Source: Chrysomallon squamiferum (Eukaryota > Animalia > Mollusca). Taken from it: 64,000 nucleotides of DNA. A model generated the notes under the pieces. That model searched no databases. It worked only from the letters and a program-made list of their open reading frames with translations, and was not told the DNA's origin. The stretch lies in assembly GCA_012295275.1 (NCBI GenBank), contig CM022670.1, positions 15,562,001 to 15,626,000 on the forward strand. Reading direction: 5' to 3'. Positions 33,708 to 47,823 of the stretch are shown piece after piece. Position 1 is the stretch's first letter. Every line of letters starts with the position of its first letter. The position numbers were made by a program, and so were the translations under genes.

Positions 33708-34908
33708 AATGTTTGCTTAAATACACATTCATCCACCTATTGCCTGCCTGTTATCTGTCAGTCTGTCTATATTTCTGTCTATTTATCTTTCTATTTACCT
33801 ATCGTTCTGTTTATCTATCTTCCTTTTTATCTACCTCTTTATCTATTTTTATCTGTCTGTCCATGTTTGTATGTTTGTATGCATGTATGTATGTATATAC
33901 GAACGTATGTGTGTGTTTATCCATCTATCCATCATATTGGCCGTTAATATTAAATTACGCTGAGGTGTTATTAAAAATTATTTACTGCAGTCATTAATCT
34001 TTAATGTCTATATTCTTCTTCTTCTTCTTCTTCTTCTTATTATTATTATTATTATTGTTATTGTTATTGTTATTGTTATTGTTATTTTTATTTTTATTTT
34101 TATTTTTATTTTTATTTTTATTTTTTTTTATTATTATTATTATTATTTTACCGTCTCTCAAAATCAGCAAGGCCATCATCCTGTCAGCTTGGGCGTATTC
34201 TTCTGAGTCCATGGCAATGTTTTCCATCTGGGCGTCTGTAATGGCTGACTTTAAACCACGCTTGTCCCGTCTCGCAACATTGTCTTTCAGTCGACTTCTC
34301 ATCAGACTCACTCGTATTTCTAAATAAAATATGGCTAAACATATTATTTACAGTTATTTTTTTACACCACAGGGTATGTATGTATGTATGTATGTGTATT
34401 TGTATGTTTCTGTATGTGTGTGTCGGTGTGTGCCCGTGTGTGTGAATCCACACTTTCCCAACCCCAACAACCCCCCCCCAAAACATTACAACATCACACA
34501 TATACACACAACAAACATGCATATGCCCTTTAATAAAAACATCTGAACATTCATATGAAAACAGCTGTTATTAATTTTGATACAGGTAAACGTATTTAAC
34601 TTAACATCATGAAAAATCACTATTTAGGTATACTAAAATGAAAAAACAACAAAAACAATTAGGATAATAAAAAAGATATACTGTAGTTCTCTGCATTCAG
34701 TTTCCTATCATTGTCTTCTTTTCTCACTTTTCTTTGTTTTTTCTTCCACTCACAGATCTGCAAAAGTATATGCAATTAATGATTGTAAGTATTCAATGAC
34801 AATGTTATTAACCCGTTATCTGACTGTGATAATGATCAGTGTACCTGTGGATCAGTACGAATGAATCAAAGAAACAAAAAACAAAACAAAAAAAAGTATT
34901 TTTTATTC

Positions 34909-34957
<49 letters not shown>

Positions 34958-35521
34958 TTATTTCATTATTATTATTTATTATTAAAAATCTTTTCTAATA
35001 AATTACTACAAAAGAATAATATACAAAATATCTGAACGCTTTCATTTTAACTGTGACGTCATTGCATATAGAACTGAAAGCCAACGCTTGAATAAACCAG
35101 ATCAAGATTGCTCGCCCTATACTTCATGGCATCATGACCAAAGAAAAATAGTTTTTAACAGTACTCTTTTGTTGTTATACTCATTAATTAAAACTGGATT
35201 GTCGAAAACTAATAAAACGACATGGAAGCATTCATATTATATTTAGACTATGTCTTCGTTTACCAAAAGTATCCTTTAAAATCTGTATACTTACTCCCAT
35301 TTCAGATTCTGATGATTCAGAAGTGTCACTTTTGACTTTTATTTCATCTTCATCGGACAGCTTAACAAAATAAACATCATCTCTAGGTAAAATTAAATCT
35401 GCTATGTTTTATTTGTGTGTGTGTGTGCGTGTGCGTGTGATTATCATCATTATCATCATCATTTGTCTCTGATTTTTCTTTACATTAATTAGAAATACAG
35501 ATTTATAATAATAATAATAAT

Positions 35522-35577
<56 letters not shown>

Positions 35578-38500
35578 ATACCCACACATTTAATAGGAAA
35601 TACTTAGTTTGTTATTAAATAAATAAAATAAAAATTATTTTTAATTTGTTTTTATATTATTATTGTCTCTGTGTGTGTGTGTGTTGTGTTGTGTGTGTGT
35701 GTGCCGTGAATAACTTAAACTTTGCTTTGCTGTATTAAACTTAAAAACCAACTTCAATTGGCATAGTCATGTCTGTCCTGTCAAGTGTAACATGTGGTAT
35801 TGATTCATCGTCATCGACTACACTGACGTCTGGTTGTTTGGGAGGCGGGCGCCATTTTCCATCTTTTTTAAGATGGTTGATTCTCTGGATGGCTCTGTAG
35901 AAATTTTCTTCTTTTGCATCGTGCATTCTTTTTATTTCCAGATGAGAAATAACCTTAGATGATAAAAATACTTTATTTTATGGTTTGTTGGACATATGTG
36001 TGGGTTTATTATGTAGATGTGTGTTTTTATTTTGTTTTTGTTTTGTGGGGTTTTGTTTGTTTCTGTGAAATTGTACGTATATGTAATTCTGAATTTGGAT
36101 ACTTTGGATATGTGCGTGTACACATACATACACACACACACCTGTGATCAGTACTGGTATATATGTTTGGCTGTCTGTCTGTTTGTTTGTCCGTTTAGAC
36201 AGTTATGCGTACAGATGTCAATTGTACTTACCTGGAATTCAATCAAGGGTAAATACGTCTTGCTGTGTTTTTCAAAAGATGCTTCAACCCTAAGAGAAGA
36301 AGAGTCTTTACCACTCAGTCCAGTGTACACTGACTTTTCCCACAAGCTTTCTCCTTTCTGGTGGTCCAAGTGTTGTATTTCATCCTGTGTCCTTACAATC
36401 ACACCGCATGCCGTTGGAACATTTAGTGAAAACTCTACATTTGTTGTAGCAGGCAAGTGTTTCAGTTTCGGGGAATTGAGTGTGTAGTTGCTTTTCCAGT
36501 CAGAAAGAAAAGTTGGTTTGATGACGATCTGTTTTGAAGGCCAGTTGCAATATATGACGGCGTTGTATACTTCAACAAAACCGTCCTCGTCGTTTGGGTT
36601 CTTACCACGAAGAGAAAAATAAAACAAGCCGGGTTTCGGCAGCTCTGAATTGAGTGTCACCCTGCTTCCACTTCTGCTCTGCACGACGCATTCCGCCGTA
36701 TCTTCCATCCGACCAGAGATGTCACAGTGGTACAGTTCAGGAACCAAGACGATTGGTTTGGAAGCAATAAACCTGATAGAAACACTTCCACTTTCTGGAG
36801 CGTAAATGACTGCCGACTGCGGGCTTATTAGTGTTAAACCCAGTTTACAGCATTCCTGCTTTACACCTACGCAACCCTTCGCTACCTTCGGAAAAGGAGC
36901 CGGCAGCTCTAAAACTTCAGGGCATCGAATTAAATAATTGCACACGTTCCGAAAGTCGGTCTGTTCGTTTTCCAGTTTCGCATATATTTGGAGGTAATAG
37001 TCTATATGGTTTGGGGGAGTTACAAGAAAAATTACCTGATCATTTTCAGTTCTCCTGATCATGTAAGAAGATTCGTCTATTGAATATTTCACTGTTAAGG
37101 TTTGTTCAAATATTAGCCGTTTTCGCAAAGTGAAAACGATTTCCACTTTTCCGTCAACCGTGTAGATGAGTCCATTGAAATGGCTGACTGGGATCAGGCC
37201 AATGGATTCTGTTTCTGATGCAGGCCCCCATCCCAACAGTTCAATACGTGGGAAGCCTTCGAACCGAGATTCCAGCTCGGTGCATTCAATCAGATACGAA
37301 CACAGATGACTCATCCGAGTGTTTGTTTTCTCAGTGTCATTTGTGCCTAACAGATCGAAAATATATTTACCAATTTCGGGAAGTTTGAATGAAATTTTCA
37401 GGAAATGTTTCTTGTAATTATTTTCTAAGAATGCAAATTCATGGAATTCTTGTGAATCTTCAGTGTCTTCAGCAATCTTTCTCAGTTTGTAAGTAAATAT
37501 CAAAGAAATGGTCTCCGGGTAGGTGAAATTTAAAACCGCTTCTCCCTTTTGTGCCATAACACCCAGTCTTTCGTTTCCTGATGCCTGGATTGAAAAGAAA
37601 AGAAACTCTGGCGTTATAAAAGGCATGTTGATAAATTCTGAATAGTTCACTGTTCTTGGCAATAGTTGCCAGTATTCTTTGTTTGGAAAGTGTGAAAGTA
37701 TCATGTCTTCCGGCGCTGTTACAAAACAAAACTCGTTGAGAAACGACGGTAGAATCTCCAAGTTTATGTCAATGGATTCTTTAGATCGTTTAGCAGAAAT
37801 CTTTGACTCAGATACCATTTTCCTTCTGTTCTGTTTCCAGTATATAGCTCCCAAATGACAGTCAACAAATCGCCAATCACCTTCCAAAAACAACGACACC
37901 CACGTCCATTCTTTGAGGTTGCAGACAGTCGGATTAGGTTTCTCGGGCATTACTTTATAAGCACCTGTTATCTTAACACACTCGATGTTAGCGTAACTGT
38001 AAAACCAAAATGAAAATGTATTTAGTCATAACGAAAAGAGAAGATAGAGAAAACTGGAAAAAAAGAAAACGTCAACGTTTGTAATGCTTTATTTTAAAGA
38101 AAGATTTAGATTCCAGCAAAGAAATTTTCAATTGATGATGATAAACAACAATCACTAAATAATTAAATAAATAAATAAATTAATTAATTAATTAATTAAT
38201 AAAATTAAATAAAATTAAATTAAATTAAAAAAGTAAAATTATAAAAATAAAATAAATACCTTGCCATCTCTCCAAAAACATCTGAATACTGGATTTCGCT
38301 TTTTCTAATTTTGTCCAGCAGGACGCATGCATAATCGTCTGGGTAGGCATTTAAATGTCGCTGATCAACTTTTATATCATCAAGATCCTGGGCGGTTATC
38401 CATCGGAACATCGCACGAGCCATCTCCACCTCGTTCTGTGCTGGTTCTATCAAATACTGGACCACCTCGAAAAGCGGTCTTTTCAAGAACGCAACCGGTG

Positions 38501-40346
38501 TCTAAATGTACCAAATTTATTTATTTATTTATTTATTTATTTATATTTTCTTATTTGTTCATTTTAATTTATTTGTTTGTTAACTTTAATTATTTATTTA
38601 CTTATTTATTTATTTGCATTTTCTTATTTGTTCATTTTATTTATTTGTTTACTTTATTTTATTTACTTACATTCAAGGCTTGCTTATCCATTTCGATCAT
38701 CCTTTTGTTGTCGAGGATATCTTTCCTTGTTGATCTAGGAGGACAGGGGCAGAGAACTCCATCATCGTCTTCGGGCCAGTTAATTTCTAAGGTCTTGTAC
38801 TCTTCTGCAGCTTTGTTCAGCAAAGTTGGCGATGGGAATTCACTAAAGAACCCATGATTTTTCATATACTTCAACAACGCACTGTGGAATTCCAAAATGC
38901 TGTTACTGACTCTTTGACTTCGGTTTGGCGTCTGAGCACGAAGCAGTGATACTGGTCGTTTCGAAGATTTCGGACGTTCTTTCGAGCCGGATTTTTTGGT
39001 AATAGAAATAGGTTTTGTTTTGGAGCTAACCTGTTCACTGAACGGACTTAGACTGGTCTCTCTTAAATCGCTGGAATCAGTTTTCTGTGGCGGTGCAGGT
39101 GATAGGCTTGGTACTTTTAGCGGTTGTAGTGGCGGAGACTCTTTCTTTAGTATTTCGGATATTAGATTTGGTTTTTGTTGTTCTATCTGCTCTTGATGTG
39201 ACTTCTTTGTTTTCTTTTCCATTTCCTTTTTAGCTTTCTTTTGTTTTTCACGATCTATACGCGCTACAAGTTCGTCAATTGTTTCTGATTGTGCAGCTGT
39301 TAGGCTTGGCTTGGATAAATTAATTTGGTCTATGCTACCAGCTTGCGACCCAGACCTTGGAGTTAACCCTGTCAGAGAAACTCTAGTGGGTGCCGCTTTG
39401 TTTTCGGTCGATTTGCTCAGATCGAAGTGGTCCACACTTAATCGAGCAGTAAGTTTTTCAATATATTCATTTTGATTTAGCGGATGGGTTGAAGTTGATC
39501 TGTCTATACTTAACCGATTGAGATATCTGTTAGAAAAACAAGAGGGAGACATTGAAGTAGAAGTCGACGATTCAGAACTGAAACTTAATTCGGATTCGAA
39601 TTCACTGAAGCCAGAATAGGAAGAGAACAGACCGACATCCCCAAAGGGCTTGTTTTGCCTCTTAATTTATGAAATCTCTTTACACTTTGCCTTCTTTTAT
39701 CCATCATCGTCTTCAGAGGACTGGTATCGAGTCCTGTCCAAGAAATACGTCTAAAAGAAGCACCAGGATGCCTAACCAGCTCGGCGGGTACAGGTAGTTC
39801 CCCGGAGCTTCCTGTAGACGAAGTATCACTGGACTCGGAATATTCGTCCTTCCTGCTATGTTGGTCATCGAATAAATTTAACCCTGACGATATTGGGAAA
39901 AGTTCGGTGTCATTTAGAGTGGAATGTCTAGACGAAGAAGGTTTTACGTCATTTTGTTCCTTTTGTATTCTTACTTGGAGGCTTTTAGCACGTTTCACTG
40001 GACTTTTGTCGAGATTTGAACTGGGATAATTTTTTTTCTGAACATTTTGTTTGTCATCTGGTGAAGAATAAGGCTTTCTGACGTAACCACTTTGACTTCT
40101 ACTAAGAAGAACAGAACGAAACACAATACTTCTGGTTTTAGTTTTAATTGTACTATCATACTTCTTCCCAAAAGACGGTGATTTTGGTTTGTTAATGTTA
40201 ATCTTTTTAACTGAGCTATCAGCACTTCTTTTAGCAGATGGAGATTTGTGTCTGCGGTCTATTGAGCTCAGTGAATACCACGTTTTGATTTTATTTGGTT
40301 CATTACTAGGAAAATATTTATCTGTTTTAGACCAAGATACATGCAT
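32363..40346 (-). CDS. Kyphoscoliosis-peptidase/hillarin-like protein, paralogue B: Ser/Lys-rich N-terminus, degenerate transglutaminase-like core, KY Ig-like repeats, dynein-MTBD-like C-terminus
   Basis: Exons 40346-38671 (1-nt frameshift near 39640), 38501-38260, 37996-36232, 35953-~35750, ~35384-35295, 34758-34683, 34319-34152, 33614-33334 (GC donor), 33072-32887, 32512-32363. Motifs: ARAMFRWIT, ANIECVKITG, WVSLFLEGDWRFVDCHLGA, EDMILSHFP..WQLL. Start codon and two junctions are uncertain. Confidence 0.8.
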
Positions 40347-41280
40347 TTTTGGAGAAACAAAATTATAACAACAAATTATGTTATAATCATGCACCTATTC
40401 GGTTGCTATTCGCTGTTAGATATTTGGTTGCAATTAACCGAATATAAACTTTATTGTTGTTCTTTTGGTTATTTATTTATTTTTTATTATTATTTTATTT
40501 TTTATGTTATCTTTAATTTTTCCCATCTATATCTCCCTTTCCTTTTCTGTTTTAATTTTATTTATTTATTTATTTATTTATTTTAATTTATTTATTTAGA
40601 ATTAGAAATGGATTTTTCGTGGTTATCTGCTTTGTTTGTTTCTATAGCTCGGTATCTTAACTTTAAGTATTGACAGCCGGTCTGCTGATATTTTTGTCGT
40701 CATTTTGTCATCGTTTATTTTGTTTCCTGGTCGCTTGTGTCTTTGGTTAATGTTTGTTTTCATCACAAACTGATAATCAACCAAAATACATTGCTTCCTG
40801 CACAAAAAAATAAAAAATAACCAAAAAAAACAAACAACAACAAACAAAAAAACAACACATGAATTATATATAAACACATATGTATAGAAATGGAATTCAT
40901 TTTTATCTTTGCAGGCAATATCTCTTTTGTTATATGTAGCTATAAACGGTGAATCAAGAATACAAATGAAGAAACAATATACTATTTTTCAATGATGTTT
41001 TAGTGTTTTTAAAATTAATGATTGAACGTTGAGAAACATTTCGATTTTGTTAGAAGTAATGACTTTTGTGTGCACATTTCTATAGATAAGACGACAAAAA
41101 CTACAGACTTGTATAATCCAGCTATACATGATTATATCTGAATGTAATTCTCAACTAAAAGGAATTAATTTTTCGAACCAGAAGACATCAGCTTTTGTCT
41201 ATAGATATATATTCTAACACATTAAACACAATATTACCAGATATGTTAATATAGATAGATAGATATCAAATATACATACA

Positions 41281-41311
<31 letters not shown>

Positions 41312-42513
41312 GTGTGTGTACAACAACAACTACTACTAGTACTTTTAACAATAATAATAACAACAAGTAGAACAATAACAACGTTAATCCGGCCATTTTG
41401 AATGAAATATTTGTAGACAAGAAAAAAGATGATCGTGTTTACTAAGAAAAAAACATTACTAATAGTAAATAATAAAATAACAAAACTTTTAATAAACCTA
41501 ATATAACGAGATACGGTAAAAATGGACAGTTTAAATACACATATTGACGTATACTAATTATATTTCATACATTACCTTTTGTTCGCCCTGTCAAGTTGGT
41601 TTTGAAAATGTGATTCAGATCATGTTCTGATAACTGCTATGACAACAGTGTAATAAACTAGTAATGTTTTAAGAGATAATGGACTGTTTGTCAAAGAAAA
41701 AAAAAAAAAAAAAAAATAACACAACCAAAATGGGACACCTGTTGTAAATCACTGATAAATGGATTATCTTCACTTCCGTCGCAGTGATTTATGTAAATAT
41801 AAACTTAAGACATACCTGCATACACACATACACATTAGACATAGACTCACACAGACGTACACATATGACTCGCATTACTCACAAACATACAAACACACGC
41901 CCACACACAAACATAAACATGCCCAAACACCTATACAGTCATATCACAGACACACAAACACAAACACGGACACAAACACAAACACAAACACATACACACA
42001 CTTACACACGTCTCACAATAATTATTATTACACACTTATATCCACGTCACATAAACACATTCACACACTTACACACACCTCAAAACCCCCACACACACGT
42101 AAAATAAAATACTAATATACGATTTAAAAAGTAATCTAAAAGTAACGTTAGTTCTCTAAAAAAATATATATATTATCAAGTGCAAACTATCCTATTTAGT
42201 ATATGTGAATTTATTTTGTCAGCAACTTCACAGAATATTATTGTCCTCAAAAATGCTCGTCACATGTTCATACGATTATTTTAGCCCTAGCATTAAGCAA
42301 CAATAACTTTTACTGAGGAATAGATAAAATATCACTGCTTTCATTCGTGCATTCTACGTCTACTTAATCTCTGAATCAACTGATAATAATAATTATTGAC
42401 CTTAGCCAGGTTTATATTTACTATACTTCTAACAAAGACAGATAAAACAGTTTTGAAAACACAGTTTTGAGATATATTAATAGTTAAACATTTCAAATTA
42501 CTCATCCATCCAC

Positions 42514-42581
<68 letters not shown>

Positions 42582-42777
42582 TGGTGTTTTATTCATATGA
42601 CGATGGTTAGTTTATAATTATATTATTAACCTGTTATACTGTTACTAATCTCAAACATACATAGTTATATAGACAGACAGACAGACAGACAGATAGATAG
42701 ACAAACAGACAGATAATACAAAATAACAATTAAATAAATGGATAACTATATGAATTTAAATGTTATACTTAGATCCG

Positions 42778-42819
<42 letters not shown>

Positions 42820-43667
42820 CACAAACATACATATACAATACAAAATAATTAAACATATTATTAAATATATGTTAGATTGGAATAGGGAGTTAAATCAGAA
42901 AATTATTTTCCTTTTTCAAAAATGATACTTGACCTTTTAATTTATCGGGCAAGCTTTGGGGTAGGAGATAACCTATATTTTGGACATTCCGGTTTTCTGG
43001 ACCGAGACTTAATATGTACAATGTACTTAAAATGTAGAATAAACAAGAAAGAAAGAAAAAAGAAAACGAAATTGAATTTAACTGATATGAATAATACAGT
43101 TCTTAAGCAGGTTTTCTGGAAACAATAACAAATTAATGTTCATAGTTATTTGTTTATAATTAAAATTATATTCAAGAATATATATATATATATTTTTTAA
43201 AATATATAATCTTCATAAAAAGCAAGCATTTAAAATATATGAAGTATATCTTACTCACATCAAAATAAAAATGATAATGTATTTTCAAATCAGTTCGACC
43301 AGTATAAGCAAATAAGCTCATTAAGAGAATGGGGCCAAGCTATATCTTCCTGATCTAACAAATAAAATGATATATTATTTTGACAGAACCTGAGCAGTCA
43401 TAATAAAATACTTTAAATAAATAACTTATTAAACTGAAATTCATCAACCTCTATCACTTTGTTTTTAATAATCATTTAAACAACATAATAATGGGCAGTG
43501 ATTATGAGACTACAATTTTCATTTTTTTTATTTTTTTTTTTTAATCTGACATTTCTGTAAAATATATATAATGAAAGTAAATGGTTATTTGTATTGTTGC
43601 TTTGTTGTTGTTGTTGGGGTATATTTGTTGGTTTTTGTTGTTGTTGTTTTTATTGTTGTTGTTGTTG

Positions 43668-43722
<55 letters not shown>

Positions 43723-43958
43723 CATCATCATCATTATTATCATTATTACAGAGAAGAGTTGAAATGTGATATCATGAATCAATGATATTCTATTTACAGC
43801 CAGCCTTTAAAGTTTGAAAAAGGCGTGACAACTCTGTTAAGCCTTGAATATACATGCATATATATATTGAACGATATAAATACTCACAAATATCTGTAAG
43901 TGTTCTTTTTTATATGATATCAAAGATAAGCATCTCCTTTCTCAGAGTTTAACGTATT

Positions 43959-44263
43959 TGACGTCAAAGCGATTTTCAGGTTACGTCATTTCTTCTCGCA
44001 AGTACCACACCACACAGAAGAATTATCTCATAAGAAGAAGCGAGCAGTGCTTGTATTAGGTTCCCGATATTTTTTTTTTTTTTTGTAATATTATTTATTT
44101 ATTTTTATTTATTTTTCTGGGTGTGTTTACAATAAAAACAAATACCTAAATATATTCTCTGTAAAATCATTAAACCATTTTTTATATATGTTCCTTAATA
44201 TCATATCATACTTTATGTTTCCATTACTTCTATTATTATATATAGGCACATTCATATAATTAT

Positions 44264-44307
<44 letters not shown>

Positions 44308-44365
44308 CTTTTTCGATCTAGTTGTTTGTGTATTTTGCTAAGTAGGGCGAATGACGTCACGTGAC
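43959..44365. promoter_or_regulatory. Cluster of CRE-like sites and a palindromic E-box upstream of KY-like paralogue B
   Basis: TGACGTCA at 43959 and 44352, TTACGTCA at 43981, and GTCACGTGAC at 44356 overlapping the CRE; CpG-containing patches in otherwise AT-rich DNA. Confidence 0.3.
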
Positions 44366-44605
44366 ATTCTTACGGCACACTCGTTGAGTTCTTTCTTGTT
44401 TTAGTTTTTCTTCTTCTTCTTCTTCTTCTCCTTATTATTATTATTATTATACAACAGATAATAAATCATGTGGCATTGTGCTTTACTTCATTAATGAGTT
44501 GCGCTGTATAAAAGAAAAAAAAAAATGTATCCTTACCTATTTTATTCTTATTTGAAAGTCCTTTTTTTTTTTTTTTTTTTTTTTTTTATTTATTTCATTT
44601 CTTTC

Positions 44606-44660
<55 letters not shown>

Positions 44661-44803
44661 GTTGTTGTTGTTGTTGTTGTTGTTATTGTTATTATAGACG
44701 GGAAAAACTGATAATTAGCTGTTGTCTTCGCTTACATACCATCATAAAACAAAGAGCAAACGTATATTTCTCAAAATAACAGTAAACATTTATAAATATT
44801 CAG

Positions 44804-45623
44804 TTAATCATCCAGTTTGGGCCTCCATCCACGTTGAATTTTTTTCACTTTCAGTAAGTCAAATTCGCGTAGCATAAATGGCTCTTTTCTCAACTGGTCA
44901 CGTGACAAACCAACGAAAATTTCTCCATCAATTTTGTGTGTGATGCAAAGTTCAGCGAGTTCTGGTAGTCCGCATTCTAAAAAACAGTCCCTTAGTTCTT
45001 GTACACTCATTCCAGCGAATGGTTTACTTGTTACATATTCTCCTCTTTTTTTATCAGTGCATGACGTCACTTCCCTTCTTTCTGTGAACGAAATTGTCGC
45101 TTTCATTTTATCGTAGTTTTTTGTAACTGGAGTTTTCACCTGAAAATTGGTGACTTCCCTGTCGTCAATATAGTCATAGACGTTGTCTCCATCACAATTT
45201 GGCGTTTCGTCCGACAAAGAATAAAACTGTGCGGACATTCTTTTTAGAGACTGGTTTCTTACCAGGCGTGTCTGTTCGGCGATAAATCTACCTAAAGTCT
45301 GAATTTTGCTTTTCTTGCCTGGCTGAAAATAAAATAACATAAATAATTTCAAAAGTAGAAACAATGTTTTTACAGTACTAATAGTAGCAACATACACACA
45401 TACACACACAAATACACACACACACATTTAAGGTAATGAATATTTGTATTTCTGACCTCTTGTTCAAATACAGTACCTTTTTGTTATGATTATTATTATT
45501 ATTATTTTATTATTATTATTATTATTATTGTTGTTGTTGTTGTTGTTGTTGTTTTAAAATTAATTTTATTAATATTTTATTTCTTATATTATTTAATTTA
45601 CATTTACACACACACACACACAC

Positions 45624-45702
<79 letters not shown>

Positions 45703-47823
45703 TATATATATATATCGTGTAACCACTTTATATAAAAATGAATACTAAGCATTTAATTCGATAGTTAATAAAAACTAATAAATTATCAAAATGTACAGTG
45801 GTTGATTCCTTGATACAGTATTCTACATCTTTATTCATACATACACTGACTGACTGTACACAGTGATTTCGACAATCCTTCAGCCAACTGTGTAGAAATG
45901 GTCAGCATAAAAAGACGATTATTTTTGTGTATCATAATTATGGTTTTTACCAAAAAATACTGAAAATTTAGCATCCAGAAATGTTCTAGTCTCTGTGATG
46001 GAAGAGATTATAGATAATTATCTTTATTCTAAAAACTTCTCTATAATCGGTCATACGCTTTGTATTAACTCAAGGAGTAAGTGTAATTGTAAAATGCTTA
46101 CTTGTTCAGGCAACATTCGTCTTCTCACGTATTCTGAGAAACAAAACAAAACATATAATTCTAAATATGTAAAAATATATTAGAATGTATTAGCGACAAA
46201 CAATAATATAAATGAAGATAAATGTAAGATTAACGTATCTTTTGTTTTCTGTTTTCAGAAAAGTGTTGACAACAATTTTGAACCTTAAATATTATCTAAT
46301 TCCGGGAATGCTTTTATTTTATGATATTTAACTGACTTTAAAAACATCAGTTTTTGTCTCATTTCAAAAATAGTCTAGATACAACTATGCCATAACTAAT
46401 GATCCAAAATATAAATGATTAAAATAAGTTGATTAAAGAATACGTTTCAACTTGCTTCCAGTATAGATACAATTAACTTAAATGAACCAGAATTAGGATT
46501 TAAAAATTTACCAGATTGTATTGTTTCTGATTTTCTGGGCATCATCTCGAACTTTGATGGTTTCTGGAGGACCGTTCTCGATTGCGGAAATGTTCCGAGT
46601 TTCTCGCTGACAGTGGAACCATATGACTTTCCACGTTGTATTTCTGAACAGGTGATTGCAGTCGCGGGTTTGAGAGCAGACACAGATGTGATATTATCCC
46701 AATGGACAGCAGACAGTGACGGACGTGTTGCCTTTCCACGTTGTATTTCTCCTCCTTCTGAACACGTGACTGCAGTCTCGGGTTTTAGAGCAGAAACAGA
46801 TGTGACATTATCCGAATGGACTGGAGAAAATGATGGGAATATTACTTCTTCATCGAGACGAATTTTGTTGAAAAGTTCAATGTACGAAGTTTCTTCGACA
46901 GAAGGCTCAGAGTTCTGATTTGGGAAATGAAGCAAGACTAAATCTTTGTAAACAGACATATTTTTATTATTTGGAAGCTGGACTTCGATGTTTGCCACTA
47001 CCTCGTTGTCTAGAGGAAGAATAACAGCACTAGGGCGAAACTCAGGAGCTGAAGAATCAGATTCCAGTGATTTGTAGTGTCCAAACAAAAACTTTCTCTC
47101 ATCTTTCCTTCCAGTAAGAATTACCTCTCCTGTGAAAGTCTTCAAGTTAGCTACAGCTTCTAGAAAAGTGTTTGTGAAAGAATTAGTGGTACTCTCTTCT
47201 ACGAATCTAATACACTGTGGACATCGAAATTTTAAAATTTCATCAACAGTGTACTTGGTGTCATTTGCTACAGTTATGAAAGAACCTGTCATTTTATGTG
47301 GAAGAACCATTTTTGATTTGCCGCAAATCACTCTCAGACCAAATATATTTTTCTTTGAATTTCCAACTATGGTTAAATTTTCTAGGATATCATTTTCCAT
47401 CAGAATGTTTTGTTTGCCCTTTACGTCTTCCAGAATAACTGCTCTTCCAATTTTCACTTTACTGGGCATGAACCGCATGAGCTGACCTACAGAAGTGTAC
47501 TCAAACCCCACTCCGTGAATCGGTAAGACATGTACGTAACCTTTGTATTTCAGAGGGATTCTCAGTTGTTCTGTTGTTTTTCTGTACTCATTACCATCCC
47601 ACCTCGCAACATAGGCTTCCGCCCATGTCTCAGATTCACTCAAATCTATTTTAATTATGTCACCTCGCGAGAACGAACTGCAGTCGTTTTCAGAATACAA
47701 GCCTTCACATACCTTAACAACTACAGGCAGAGTCACTTTTTCACCAATCTCCTTAAGAGTACACGTCTCTTCAGACCAGAATTTATCATCGTCACAATCG
47801 GATGATGAAGACGGCGCCGCCAT
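44804..47823 (-). CDS. CABIT-domain + C-terminal SAM-domain adaptor (GAREM/THEMIS-like), about 620 aa
   Basis: Exons 47823-46512, 46133-46102 (32-nt mini-exon), 45322-44804 total 1863 nt in frame. CABIT hallmarks: WSEETCTLKEI..LPVVVKVCEG..GDII..IPLKYKG. SAM: MSVQELRDCFLECGLPELAELC..IDGEIF..L..FDLLKVKKIQRGWRPK. Confidence 0.8.
46625..46838 (-). repeat. Internal ~110-bp coding duplication in the CABIT-SAM linker
   Basis: PSFSPVHSDNVTSVSALKPETAVTCSEGGEIQRGK versus PSLSAVHWDNITSVSALKPATAITCSE---IQRGK. Confidence 0.85.

Noticed and set aside
45856-45888. Extra 33-nt cassette exon in the CABIT-SAM gene (LAEGLSKSLCT)
   Set aside because: Phase-compatible but the donor is weak and the gene is complete without it; unsupported without RNA data.
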